A DNA stretch of 64,000 nucleotides from a bacterium (lineage in GTDB: Bacteria; SAR324; XYD2-FULL-50-16; G965216635): assembly GCA_965261475.1 (NCBI GenBank), contig OZ253454.1, forward strand, positions 1,516,086 through 1,580,085. Direction: 5' to 3'. Both the position numbers and the translations under genes were made by a program. Shown piece after piece: positions 9,586 to 19,362 of the stretch. How positions within the stretch are numbered: the first letter of the stretch is position 1; every line of letters starts with the position of its first letter. The notes beneath the pieces are model-generated. The model searched no databases, was not told the DNA's origin, and worked only from the letters and a program-made list of their open reading frames with translations.

Positions 9586-10512
9586 CTATTTCCTTTCTAT
9601 CACATTAATTTTTGAGGTTTCTTGTAGCATTGCTGCATCAAAAATTTTCAAATTATACAAAGCTTTTCGTATATATTCTAGTGATATTGCTATATTTTCT
9701 AAATCCTCTGTTGTAGGGTTTAGTTTTTGTTTGACATATCCAACAAATTTTTTTAAAAGCATTGGAGTAATTTTTTTTGTTTCAAAAATTTCTTTTTCTT
9801 TTAAAAAATCTACAAAAAATATTTCTAGATCTTCCCAAACTAGGTCTAGTTTTTCCGTTTTTGCTATTTTAGAGATCTCCTCTTTGACTTGGAGGTGCAA
9901 TTTATCTATAAGAGTTTGTTGCTTGGGCTCTGATTTTTTGATGGCTTCTTGCTTTGGAGATGCTGCATTGCTATTGGCTGCATAACGAGATAGGTGAGCT
10001 TTGTATTTTTGTTCGTATTCTTGTATTTTTTGCAAGATGTTTTCTTCGGTTATTTTTTCTGGAATAAGCTGATATTTTGAAAGCAATTGATAATATTTTG
10101 CTACTACAAGTTGATTCAGGCACTGTTGATTTCTTTCTTTTTGCATAAAACTCAGTATAGATTGCAGAGCTAATTTTTTTAATTGGTCGTTTGGAGGTGT
10201 TTGCTCTACTAATCTTGTGATTGCTTCTAAAAATTGCTGATATACTTTATCGTCTATAAATTCTAAAACTTGTAAGGGCATTTCTTCTCCTTTTTCGTAA
10301 ATAGCACGAATTTTTTCTTTTGCTACAGAGATTGCTGCGAGTTCAGGTTGAAAAATTAATAAACTTATCTGACTCAAGGCATTTTGTATTTTCTTCAAAG
10401 AAGGTTTGTTACTAGGTTGCTGGTTGGTTGTTTTTCGCTGATGCAATTTATTTTTCTTTTCTTGCTTTCTTTTTAAGATGCCGGCTTTTACCTTTTTCTT
10501 TTTTTTTCCCAT
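9586..10512 (-). CDS. hypothetical lysine-rich protein
   Basis: 308-aa ORF with a polybasic N-terminus (MGKKKKKVKAGILKRKQEKKNK). The rest looks helical and no motif was recognised. Confidence 0.5.
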   Translation of the reverse strand: MGKKKKKVKAGILKRKQEKKNKLHQRKTTNQQPSNKPSLKKIQNALSQISLLIFQPELAAISVAKEKIRAIYEKGEEMPLQVLEFIDDKVYQQFLEAITRLVEQTPPNDQLKKLALQSILSFMQKERNQQCLNQLVVAKYYQLLSKYQLIPEKITEENILQKIQEYEQKYKAHLSRYAANSNAASPKQEAIKKSEPKQQTLIDKLHLQVKEEISKIAKTEKLDLVWEDLEIFFVDFLKEKEIFETKKITPMLLKKFVGYVKQKLNPTTEDLENIAISLEYIRKALYNLKIFDAAMLQETSKINVIERK

Positions 10513-10776
10513 AGATTTGATTGTGGTATGTAGTGTATTTTAAATGATTTTTCTGCTCTTAATAGGGTTTAGTGTGCTGCATCGCAGTATTATCGTATAT
10601 CAGCTATTTTGCTTGTAAGTGCTTTGATTAGTGACTAGATTGCGTTTTTCTTGACTTGCTTTGTTTTTCAATATCAACTGATACAATAGACGTAAGATTT
10701 TGATAATTAAAGATATTTTTAATAACTATAGTATAGTTTTTTACTTTTTTTCAGACAACAAAAATACTTTTATTAA

Positions 10777-12129
10777 ATGAAAAAAACAACATCAACATTC
10801 CAATGTAGCAACTGTAAAGAGATTTTTTATAAATGGCAAGGAAAATGTGATTCTTGCGAGAGCTGGGGTAGCGTAGAAAAATTAGCTTTTGAAGCACAAG
10901 TTCATAACAAGATTAAAGCAGAACTTCCTCTTTCATTATCAGAAATACCTCAAAATAAAAACCAAGCAATTTGGGTAACTGGTGTACACGAGCTAGATAG
11001 AGTTTTAGGTAAAGGAATTGCTTATCAATCCATAGGATTGCTAGGAGGAGCTCCGGGTATAGGAAAATCAACCCTTATACTGCAGGTATTGGGGCGGCTA
11101 ACACAAATAGGTAAAAAAGTTTTGTATATCTCTGGGGAAGAATCTGCTTTACAAATCAAAGCACGTGCTGAAAGACTTGCTATTGCTCAAGAAAAAATTT
11201 TTATACGCGTAGATAATTCTTTAGAGAATATTTTGGCAGTTATTGCTAAACTACAACCTGACTTTGTAGTAATTGATTCTATTCAAACCATAGCAAGCAA
11301 TGAAGCTGGCGGCTCTGCTGGCAGTCTTACCCAAGTTAGAGAATGCACTATGAAAATTTTGCAATACTCCAAGCAACAACCTACTACTTTTTTACTCATA
11401 GGGCATATTACCAAAGAAGGTAATTTAGCTGGACCTAAAGTATTAGAACATATGGTAGATTACGTGCTTTATTTAGAAGAGGAAAACACGCAAGGCATGA
11501 AAATACTGAAAGCTGTCAAAAATCGCTTTGGATCTATTTATGAAAGCGGGTTGTTTAATATGACAGCAAAAGGTTTGGTTGAGGTTTCTCAGCCTAATAA
11601 ATTTTTACTTTTAGAAAAAAATCCTGCTGTAGGCACGGCGTATTTTCCTATGATGAATGGCAACCGCACCTTGCTGGTGGAAGCGCAAGCGTTGGTAGGC
11701 AAAAACCCGCACCCAGCGAGTTTAAAAACAGCGGTAGGAGTAGAAAGGAGCAAGTTGCTTTTATTATTGGCGGTCATAGATAAATATTTGAATATCAATC
11801 TTAGCCAAACAGATGTTTATTTGAATATTGCGGGAGGTTATCGTTGCAATGAGCCTCTAATAGATTTAAGTATTGTATCTGCTATTTTGAGTAGTTATAG
11901 CAATCAAGCACTACCAGCTGCAAGTATATTTTTAGGAGAAGTTGCTCTTACAGGCAAGCTAACCATAAATAATTCGTGCAAAGAAAGGTTAAAAGAGGTT
12001 GAGCGATGTGGTTTTCAAAAGGCTTTTCTAGGAAAAACTCATTCCAATCAAAAGCAATTTTCTCTAAGAAACTTACAAGTAGTTAGTAGCGATACCTTGG
12101 CATCTTTTTTTGAGATATTGTGTTTGTAG
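10777..12129 (+). CDS. radA: DNA repair protein RadA
   Basis: It has an N-terminal C4 zinc finger (CSNCKE...CDSCESWGS), Walker A GGAPGIGKST, the KNRFG motif and a Lon-like C-terminal domain. Confidence 0.93.
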   Translation: MKKTTSTFQCSNCKEIFYKWQGKCDSCESWGSVEKLAFEAQVHNKIKAELPLSLSEIPQNKNQAIWVTGVHELDRVLGKGIAYQSIGLLGGAPGIGKSTLILQVLGRLTQIGKKVLYISGEESALQIKARAERLAIAQEKIFIRVDNSLENILAVIAKLQPDFVVIDSIQTIASNEAGGSAGSLTQVRECTMKILQYSKQQPTTFLLIGHITKEGNLAGPKVLEHMVDYVLYLEEENTQGMKILKAVKNRFGSIYESGLFNMTAKGLVEVSQPNKFLLLEKNPAVGTAYFPMMNGNRTLLVEAQALVGKNPHPASLKTAVGVERSKLLLLLAVIDKYLNINLSQTDVYLNIAGGYRCNEPLIDLSIVSAILSSYSNQALPAASIFLGEVALTGKLTINNSCKERLKEVERCGFQKAFLGKTHSNQKQFSLRNLQVVSSDTLASFFEILCL

Positions 12130-12230
12130 TAGATATATCTAAGCACAATAAATATCAAAGTTATCTTTTAGTAACAATTTTCTATTTTAGAGTGCTATTA
12201 AAATATTGGTGCAGCAACAAAATTCAATAT

Positions 12231-13676
12231 TTATAATGCATTTAAAATTTTTAAAGTATTAGTAGAGCCTTGAGATATACTAATACCTTTAGTAAAAACA
12301 ATCTTATCTCCTTTTACAATCAGCTGCTTTTCTTTTAAAATAGTTAGTACGCTTTTGTCTATTGCATCCCAGTTTTGATCTTTAGATAAAAAAAACGGGA
12401 ATACCCCACGAAAAAGAGTAATTCTATTTAGCGTAGTATTGTTTCTAGAGAAAGCAAAAATAGGAATAGAAGAGCTAGTTCTAGAAATTGTTTTAGGAGT
12501 ATTACCAGATTCTGTTAAAGAAACAATAGCCTTTACTTTTAATCTATTGGCAACGTACATAGCAGAAAGAGCAATTGATTCTTCTGTGGAAGAAAATTTT
12601 TCTACTACAGCGTGTTTGAGTTTACCCATTGTAGGAGAATTTTCTGCTTCCAAGCATATATCTGACATAATAGATACTACTTTGTCAGGGTATTTACCTA
12701 TAGCCGTTTCTGCAGAAAGCATTACCGCGTCTGTGCCATCCATTACAGCGTTAGCTACATCAAAAGTTTCTGCTCTAGTCGGCATAGGATTTTCTATCAT
12801 GCTTTCCATCATTTGTGTAGCAATAATCACAGCAGTATCTTGCATTCTAGCTAATGTGATTAGTCTTTTTTGTTGTGCCGGCAGCATAGCATCGCCTATC
12901 TCTACTCCCAAATCTCCTCTAGCTACCATAATGGCATCTGATTCTTGAATAATATCTTGTATGATTGTTTCAGGTAAAGCTTCAGCTCTCTCTATTTTTG
13001 CTACTATTCCTGCTGTGCTTCCTATTTTTTTCAAAATTTTTTTTATCTCTTTGATATCTGCAGCACTACGTGTAAAAGACAGTGCTAAATAATCAGTTCC
13101 GGCTATTACTGCTGTTTTTATATCCTCTTTATCTTTAGAGGTCAGGCTACCCGCAGATAAACCACCTCCCCTAAGATTAATTCCTTTATTTTGCCCCAAC
13201 ACTCCACCTTGTTTGACCTTTGTATGTATTTCTTTGCCTACAATTTTTTTTACTTGTAAAATAATTCTACCATCATCGAGGACTAGTTCGTTGCCTTTTT
13301 TAAGATCTTTATAAAGCTCTTTGTAGCAGACACCTATTTTTTTTTTCGTACCCATATTTGCTTGTAAAGTGCAAGAAAGAATAAAATTTTCTTTTTCTCT
13401 AAGCGTGATGCTGGAATCTAACTGGAATTTTAAGGTACGAATTTTAGGTCCTTGTAAATCCATTAAAATCCCTATTCTCGTGTTGTATTTTTTTGCTAGT
13501 TTTTTGATTGTTGCAGCTTGCTTAAGATGGGTTTCTTTGTCTCCGTGGGAGAAGTTAATTCGCACCAAATCAACCCCTTTTACTACTAATTTTTCTAATA
13601 CTTCTATTTTTTCTGTAGCAGGACCTAGTGTAGCTATAATTTTTGTTCTTCTTTTTACGCAACGTTTATTTTTCAT
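12231..13676 (-). CDS. pyk: pyruvate kinase
   Basis: 481 aa. Motifs are TKIIATLGPAT, NFSHG, MVARGDLGVEI and MLSAETA. Confidence 0.93.
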   Translation of the reverse strand: MKNKRCVKRRTKIIATLGPATEKIEVLEKLVVKGVDLVRINFSHGDKETHLKQAATIKKLAKKYNTRIGILMDLQGPKIRTLKFQLDSSITLREKENFILSCTLQANMGTKKKIGVCYKELYKDLKKGNELVLDDGRIILQVKKIVGKEIHTKVKQGGVLGQNKGINLRGGGLSAGSLTSKDKEDIKTAVIAGTDYLALSFTRSAADIKEIKKILKKIGSTAGIVAKIERAEALPETIIQDIIQESDAIMVARGDLGVEIGDAMLPAQQKRLITLARMQDTAVIIATQMMESMIENPMPTRAETFDVANAVMDGTDAVMLSAETAIGKYPDKVVSIMSDICLEAENSPTMGKLKHAVVEKFSSTEESIALSAMYVANRLKVKAIVSLTESGNTPKTISRTSSSIPIFAFSRNNTTLNRITLFRGVFPFFLSKDQNWDAIDKSVLTILKEKQLIVKGDKIVFTKGISISQGSTNTLKILNAL

Positions 13677-13693
13677 CTAGGGTTTAATTTATA

Positions 13694-15043
13694 TTAAAAG
13701 GGCAGTTTCGTTTGATTGCCAATTATTTTTTGGATTTCTTGCATTGTGTTTTTTTGTCCGCTAGCAGAAAATTGCTTCATCATTTTTTTCATTGTTAAGA
13801 ATTGTTTAAACAACTGATTTACATCAGAAATTTCCGTACCAGATCCTTGGGCAATTCTTTTTCTACGAGAGCCATCTATAATTTTTGGATTTATTTTTTC
13901 TTTCATAGTCATAGAAGATAAGATATAGCCAAATTTTTTCATTGGCTTGGTGTCCAATTTTGCTCCTTGCGGCATATTAAATCCTGGCATCATTCCTAAA
14001 ATATTTTTTAGAGATCCCATTTTGCTGAGTTTAGTTAATTGTGTTTCAAAATCAAGTAGATTGAACTGATTTTTTTTCATTCTTGCTTCCACGCTTTGCA
14101 AATCTTGCCCCAAAAACTGTTGTTTAATTTTTTCGACCAAGGTCAATACATCTCCCATACCTAAAATTTTAGACGCCAACCTATCAGGATAAAAATCATC
14201 TAAATCTGTGAGTTTTTCGCCATTACCAATTAATTTTATTGGTTTTTCTGTAATGGCACGAATGGAAAGTGCTGCTCCACCTCTTGCATCTCCGTCCATT
14301 TTACTAAGCACAAACCCTGAGATCTCCAATTTTTTATGAAAAGTTTGAGCAATATTTAATGCCTCTTGCCCCGTCATAGCGTCTAGCACTAGGAGAGTGT
14401 CCTGAAAAGTGATAATTTTTTTTATATTTTCTAGTTCCTGCATCAAGTTTTCATCTATTTGTAGTCTGCCTGCTGTATCTACTATTACTACATCCGTCTT
14501 TGTTTTTTGCGATTGCTCCTTAGCTAGCTCTATAATTTCAATAACCTGCATTTTATGGTTAGAATTAAAACAATCTACTTCAATTTTTTGTGCTAAAATT
14601 TTTAGCTGGTCTATAGCAGCAGGGCGATAAATATCTGCTGGTACTAATAAAACATTCTTATTTTGTTTTTTGAGTTTTAATGCGAGTTTTGCAGCTGTAG
14701 TAGTTTTTCCACTTCCTTGTAATCCTAATAGTAAAATAAAATGTGTTTTTTCTGTTACAATGTTTAGCCTATCATTTTTCTCTCCAAGCAAGGCTGTGAG
14801 TTCTTCATAAATCACCTGGATGAATTGTTGCGAGGGAGACAGACTACCAATAACTTCCTTACCTTCACTCTTTTCTTTAATTTTTCTGATAAAAGAATTA
14901 GCTACACGAAAGTTGACATCTGCCTCTAGTAAAGCAATTTTTACATCTTGTAGGGCAGTTTTGGTGTTTTCCTCATTCAAAAAACCTTGGTTATTGATTT
15001 TTTTGGCGAGAGCTTGTAGTTTGTAACTTAGTTCGTCAAACAT
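13694..15043 (-). CDS. ffh: signal recognition particle protein Ffh
   Basis: The NG domain has GLQGSGKTTTAAKLA, DTAGR and SKMDGDARGGAALS, and the M domain is Met-rich. The start is set at MFDELS (15043) rather than the longer track ORF. Confidence 0.93.
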   Translation of the reverse strand: MFDELSYKLQALAKKINNQGFLNEENTKTALQDVKIALLEADVNFRVANSFIRKIKEKSEGKEVIGSLSPSQQFIQVIYEELTALLGEKNDRLNIVTEKTHFILLLGLQGSGKTTTAAKLALKLKKQNKNVLLVPADIYRPAAIDQLKILAQKIEVDCFNSNHKMQVIEIIELAKEQSQKTKTDVVIVDTAGRLQIDENLMQELENIKKIITFQDTLLVLDAMTGQEALNIAQTFHKKLEISGFVLSKMDGDARGGAALSIRAITEKPIKLIGNGEKLTDLDDFYPDRLASKILGMGDVLTLVEKIKQQFLGQDLQSVEARMKKNQFNLLDFETQLTKLSKMGSLKNILGMMPGFNMPQGAKLDTKPMKKFGYILSSMTMKEKINPKIIDGSRRKRIAQGSGTEISDVNQLFKQFLTMKKMMKQFSASGQKNTMQEIQKIIGNQTKLPF

Positions 15044-15071
15044 AATTTTATCTAAACAGAAAATAATAGCT

Positions 15072-15572
15072 GTGAGTAAGGTTTTTGTCAAGGTGTTGTC
15101 TTTAGTTTTTTGCATTGTCTTGCTAGGGTGTGGGTTTTATTTTGCACAAAAACCAGTGTTAATAGGAAGCGCACAAAACATCAATATAAGGGAAATAAAG
15201 AATAGTAGCAGAGCTCCGAATATTGATTTTTTGTTAGCAAGAGAGCTACAAAACGAGCTTATTATTGCTGAAGTTTATACTCAAGGCAAGGCAGAGTTAG
15301 AGCTTTTGGTAACTATTACTAGTGCTATCTTTAGCGTTACAATCAAAAAGCAAACAACAGGTGAATTTTACATTCATAGCTATAGAGTGAAGGTTAAAAT
15401 ACTTGTAGATGATTTAAGAAATTTACAACCAGCTAAAAAAGAAAAAGAATTTGTAGCAGAAGTTTATTTGGAATCGCGAGACAAGGTGTTAGATGGCAAT
15501 CAACAAGACAAATTGCAATTATCTGCAATTTACGCTCTAGTAGAGCAAACTCTATCTTTTGTACTGCAATAG
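15072..15572 (+). CDS. putative lipoprotein, function unknown
   Basis: GTG start and a signal peptide ending in the lipobox LLGC. No further motif recognised. Confidence 0.5.
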   Translation: MSKVFVKVLSLVFCIVLLGCGFYFAQKPVLIGSAQNINIREIKNSSRAPNIDFLLARELQNELIIAEVYTQGKAELELLVTITSAIFSVTIKKQTTGEFYIHSYRVKVKILVDDLRNLQPAKKEKEFVAEVYLESRDKVLDGNQQDKLQLSAIYALVEQTLSFVLQ

Positions 15573-15576
15573 TCAT

Positions 15577-15596
15577 AATGTTCCACGTGGAACATT
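15577..15596. repeat. perfect 20-bp palindrome AATGTTCCACGTGGAACATT (operator candidate or weak terminator)
   Basis: Read directly. It sits between the stop at 15572 and the ATG at 15609. Confidence 0.8.
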
Positions 15597-15608
15597 TATT
15601 TAGTATTT

Positions 15609-16169
15609 ATGATGAAAAATATCTATTTTGTATCTGGGAATAAAGAAAAATTTACAGAATATCAAGTATTACTAGAGAAAACAGCTAGTATTTTGCAAAT
15701 AAAATTGTCTCTTATAGAAATACAGGCTCATAGCTTGAAATTGTGTGAGCATAAACTGATTGAAGCAAAGAAAAGTCATTTGCTAAAAGAAAAAAATTTT
15801 TTTATTGAAGATACTGCTCTTTATTTTACAGCATGGAACGATTTTCCTGGAGTTTATATAAAATGGATGTTGAAATCTTTAGCAATAGAAAAAATTTATC
15901 AAAGTTTAGCGTCTTTTAAAAAAGAGGCAATTGCGGAATGTACTATAGGTTATTTTTCGTATCAAACACAACAAACCAATTTCTTTCAAGGTAGAGTAAA
16001 AGGCAAGATAGTTTCTCCTAAAGGAGGCAAAAGTTTTGGGTGGGATGCCCTATTTGCTCCGCAAGGGCAAAATAAATCCTATGCTCAAATGACAAAAAAA
16101 GAAAAAAATTGTATTAGCCATAGGTTTTTAGCAACGCAAAAATTTCAGCAATTTTTACAAAAAAACTAA
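15609..16169 (+). CDS. non-canonical purine NTP pyrophosphatase (Ham1/RdgB/ITPase family)
   Basis: 186 aa. Motifs are SGNKEKFTEY, EDTAL, FGWDALF and ISHR. Confidence 0.8.
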   Translation: MMKNIYFVSGNKEKFTEYQVLLEKTASILQIKLSLIEIQAHSLKLCEHKLIEAKKSHLLKEKNFFIEDTALYFTAWNDFPGVYIKWMLKSLAIEKIYQSLASFKKEAIAECTIGYFSYQTQQTNFFQGRVKGKIVSPKGGKSFGWDALFAPQGQNKSYAQMTKKEKNCISHRFLATQKFQQFLQKN

Positions 16170-16178
16170 GCAGAAAAA

Positions 16179-16200
16179 CAGAGGAGGACAGCCTCCTCTG
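16179..16200. terminator. bidirectional intrinsic terminator hairpin
   Basis: CAGAGGAGG-acag-CCTCCTCTG is a 9-bp GC-rich stem, flanked by an A-run upstream and T-rich sequence downstream. It lies between convergent genes. Confidence 0.6.
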
Positions 16201-16217
16201 TTAAATTATAACTTTAA

Positions 16218-17489
16218 TTATAACTTACTACCAGTTTGTAATAATCCACTACCTTTAGACTCTGGTTTTTTAAAAGGCGTTGTAACAACTTCCGCATCTA
16301 CAGGCGAGTCCGCGTAGGTTTTGGAAAGAGTTACTTGCACTTTTGTTCCAAGTTCTGTGTATTTTTTTGGTAAAAAGGCATAACCAATATTAGATTGTTG
16401 CTCTGGAGAATACCAAGCAGACGTAATGTATCCTGCAAGTTGACTATCAGCGTGCACGGGATAAAAATCAGCAGGATACCAAGTAATCTGTTTACCTCCC
16501 ATTTTAACTCCGCAAAGTTTATGGGTTACTCCATCTGCTTTGATTTTTTTTAAGGCTTCTTTTCCGATAAAGTCCTCTTTATCAAAATGCACTTGCCAAC
16601 CCAACCCAATTTCAAAAGGATTGATTTCTTGGTCCATATCTTGTCCCCAAGATAAAATACCAGCTTCAATTCTTCTGTGATGCCCTGGAGCAATAACTTT
16701 GAGATTGAATTCTTTACCTGCGTCTAATACAGTATACCACATGTCTTCTGCGTATTTGTGCGCATCGTAAAGATAAATTTCATAGCCAGCTTCTGCAGAA
16801 AAACCAGTCCTACTAATTACACATTTTCTTCCTTTGATTTTAGAATGCATCAATCCGTAATAAGGAATATCCATTTTACCGAATATTTTTTCCATCAAAA
16901 GAGTAGATTTTGGTCCTTGTATTTGGACAGGAGCTACATCAATCTCGTGTATTTCTACATCCATTTTCGCAAAGGTATTGACACCTTGTAGGTATATACC
17001 AATATCAGAGTCAGAAAGAGAAAACCAAAATTCATCGTCTGCTACTCTAAGTAATACAGGGTCGTTTAAAACTCCGCCGTACTGATTGCATAAAATAACA
17101 TAACGACAAGAATTTGTTGCAATATCTTTGACTCTTCTTGTAATCACCATGTCTACAAACTTAGCTGCATCTGGTCCTTTGACTTGAATTTGTCTTTCTA
17201 CAGCAACATTCCACATAGTTACATGTTGTGTTAGATATTCGTATTCTTTCATCAAACCGCCATCCTCAGGTTTAATATAAGCCCTAGGATGATATATTCT
17301 GTTATAGACACTATGACACCAGCATCCTTGCTCTTGAGACAGATGCCAGTAAGGTCCTTTACGAATTCTAGCGTCAATTAATATTCTAGATCCTTCCGCA
17401 TTGATTCCTTCGCTTCCTTTATCTAGTCGGCTATCACCGCTTTGTACCAATTGCACAGGTACTCTTCTTTTTCTTAATAAGTCACTCAT
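16218..17489 (-). CDS. GcvT-family tetrahydrofolate-dependent aminomethyltransferase/demethylase (DmdA-like)
   Basis: 423 aa. The core is GcvT-like (VAVERQIQVKGPDAAKFVDM, GGVLNDPVLL, VQIQGPKS, SRTGFSAEAGYEIY). It is longer and more DmdA-like than a canonical GcvT. Confidence 0.75.
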   Translation of the reverse strand: MSDLLRKRRVPVQLVQSGDSRLDKGSEGINAEGSRILIDARIRKGPYWHLSQEQGCWCHSVYNRIYHPRAYIKPEDGGLMKEYEYLTQHVTMWNVAVERQIQVKGPDAAKFVDMVITRRVKDIATNSCRYVILCNQYGGVLNDPVLLRVADDEFWFSLSDSDIGIYLQGVNTFAKMDVEIHEIDVAPVQIQGPKSTLLMEKIFGKMDIPYYGLMHSKIKGRKCVISRTGFSAEAGYEIYLYDAHKYAEDMWYTVLDAGKEFNLKVIAPGHHRRIEAGILSWGQDMDQEINPFEIGLGWQVHFDKEDFIGKEALKKIKADGVTHKLCGVKMGGKQITWYPADFYPVHADSQLAGYITSAWYSPEQQSNIGYAFLPKKYTELGTKVQVTLSKTYADSPVDAEVVTTPFKKPESKGSGLLQTGSKL

Positions 17490-17495
17490 AATTAT

Positions 17496-18362
17496 TTATA
17501 CTTGTTGTTTGAGTTTTGTTTGCCATTGCTGAAAATAGTCAATGGTTTTTTCTCCCGTACCAAAAGAAAACACATGCAAACCTTCCATTTCTGGGTAATC
17601 TTTTTGCAAGGTTTCAAGTAAAGGTAAAAAAAATTCTTCGTTATGGTATTTTGTTGCTAGCTGCAGCATATTTTTGTATTTATCTTTTATCATTTGTAGA
17701 GAGTTGCCTACGCCACAATAAAGTGCGTATTTGATCAAAGAAACTATACCAACAATTCCTACTACTCCTAAGCGGATAGGTATTTTGATTTTGTATTGAT
17801 GTAATTGTTTGAGCCACTCCATTACAGGCTCCACAGTAAAGCAAAATTGTGTTAAGATATAAATTTCCATGCCGTTGGCAATAGCAAAGTTTTGTTTTTC
17901 TTTTAAAGCTTGCAGCAATTTTGTTGATGTTACTTGAGGATGTTTTTCTGGGTGTCCTGCTACTCCAATTCTTTTAAAATTATATTTAGTGAATAATCCT
18001 GTTTTTAGCAGATCCATTGTAGAGTTTAGTTTGCCTATAGGTGGATTTGTGCCTCCTCCTAAAAGTAAAATTTCTGTAGTTGGGACAGCATTTTTGAGCA
18101 TTGCTAGATGCTTTTCTAAATCTGCCTCGTCTTTTAAATTTCTAGCTGCTAGATGAGCAACTGGGATCAATCCTTGTTGGTGTAATCTTTTTGCAGGATT
18201 GACTACTTCTTTTTCAAAACTTTTTCCTTGGATATGAGGAAGATAAATTTTTAATCCTTTGGGGAATCTCGTGCATATTCTTTCAATGTTTTCGATCTCT
18301 TTAGCAGATACTTCTAATGTGTATCCTGTCATCCAGCAAATTAGTCGGTCTTTTTGTAGCAT
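17496..18362 (-). CDS. metF: methylenetetrahydrofolate reductase family protein
   Basis: 288 aa. The MTHFR-fold signatures are IGVAGHPEKHP, ILTQFCF and IPIRLGVVGI. It lies 6 nt upstream of the demethylase gene on the same strand. Confidence 0.7.
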   Translation of the reverse strand: MLQKDRLICWMTGYTLEVSAKEIENIERICTRFPKGLKIYLPHIQGKSFEKEVVNPAKRLHQQGLIPVAHLAARNLKDEADLEKHLAMLKNAVPTTEILLLGGGTNPPIGKLNSTMDLLKTGLFTKYNFKRIGVAGHPEKHPQVTSTKLLQALKEKQNFAIANGMEIYILTQFCFTVEPVMEWLKQLHQYKIKIPIRLGVVGIVGIVSLIKYALYCGVGNSLQMIKDKYKNMLQLATKYHNEEFFLPLLETLQKDYPEMEGLHVFSFGTGEKTIDYFQQWQTKLKQQV

Positions 18363-18705
18363 AGTTAAAAATTATTCATTGTTCTTTAAAAATTAGTCTC
18401 TAGACGCTTTTTAGTAATAGTCCGCAGCCCATGTATGACTTTAATTTTTATATAGTATTATCTATACAATACCCTATTATCTGATTATAATATCTAATTA
18501 CTTTCAAAAGCAGTAAATTGCAAAATAAAAATATTGTCAATTAAAAATTTTTTGTTTTGTTTTTACTTTTTACCAATCTAAGCAAGAGCATTATAATGCA
18601 GGACTCTAATTGCTTTACAAAAATTAAGCAATTTTGTGGTTATAAAATCAAATTTTTTGTTGATTTGTATAACTATAAATAACTTAAAGATATAGTTATT
18701 ATAAA

Positions 18706-19341
18706 TTAAATTGCTGAGACAAAACCAGCATCTTTAATACCACCAAAAATAAATTCTACAGCAAGGGCTACTAAGATGATGCCTAGTATTCTACTAATGG
18801 CTTGCATGCCGCTAATTCCAAAGATTTTTTGAATTTGCTGTGATAAAAACATACAAATTAGTGTAATTACTAGCACAGCAAAAAGAGATAGCATGACAAT
18901 AAATTGTGAAAGCAGGTTATTTGATTGGTCTGTTAGCAGTAAGATCATTGCTCCTAAAGAGCCAGGACCAGCAATAAGCGGAGTAGCTAAAGGAAAAATA
19001 GCAATATCTTTTTTGTTTAGAGCCTCTGCTTTTTCTTCTGGGGTGGTAGAAGTAGCTCCTGAGTAATTAGCAAAAACCAAATCAATACCTATTAGCAATA
19101 ACAAAATTCCTCCTCCCGTTTTTAGCGATGCTAGAGAAATTCCTAGGCTATCTAGCAAAATTTTACCTAGTAAAGCAAATATTAAAAAAATTACATTAGA
19201 AGCAATAAAACACTTCCAAGCTATTTTGTATTTTGTATTTTTGCTTTCTCGTGTAGTGATAGCAACAAAAAGCATCCCTACATTTAATGGAGCGATAGTC
19301 GCGACGAAGGTAGTAAAACTAACTATAGCAATCTCTAACAT
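18706..19341 (-). CDS. MarC/UPF0056 family inner-membrane protein
   Basis: 211 aa with 6 predicted TM segments and the FPLATPLIAGPGSLGA motif. Confidence 0.8.
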   Translation of the reverse strand: MLEIAIVSFTTFVATIAPLNVGMLFVAITTRESKNTKYKIAWKCFIASNVIFLIFALLGKILLDSLGISLASLKTGGGILLLLIGIDLVFANYSGATSTTPEEKAEALNKKDIAIFPLATPLIAGPGSLGAMILLLTDQSNNLLSQFIVMLSLFAVLVITLICMFLSQQIQKIFGISGMQAISRILGIILVALAVEFIFGGIKDAGFVSAI

Positions 19342-19362
19342 TTTTTTTATTCTAAATTTTTT

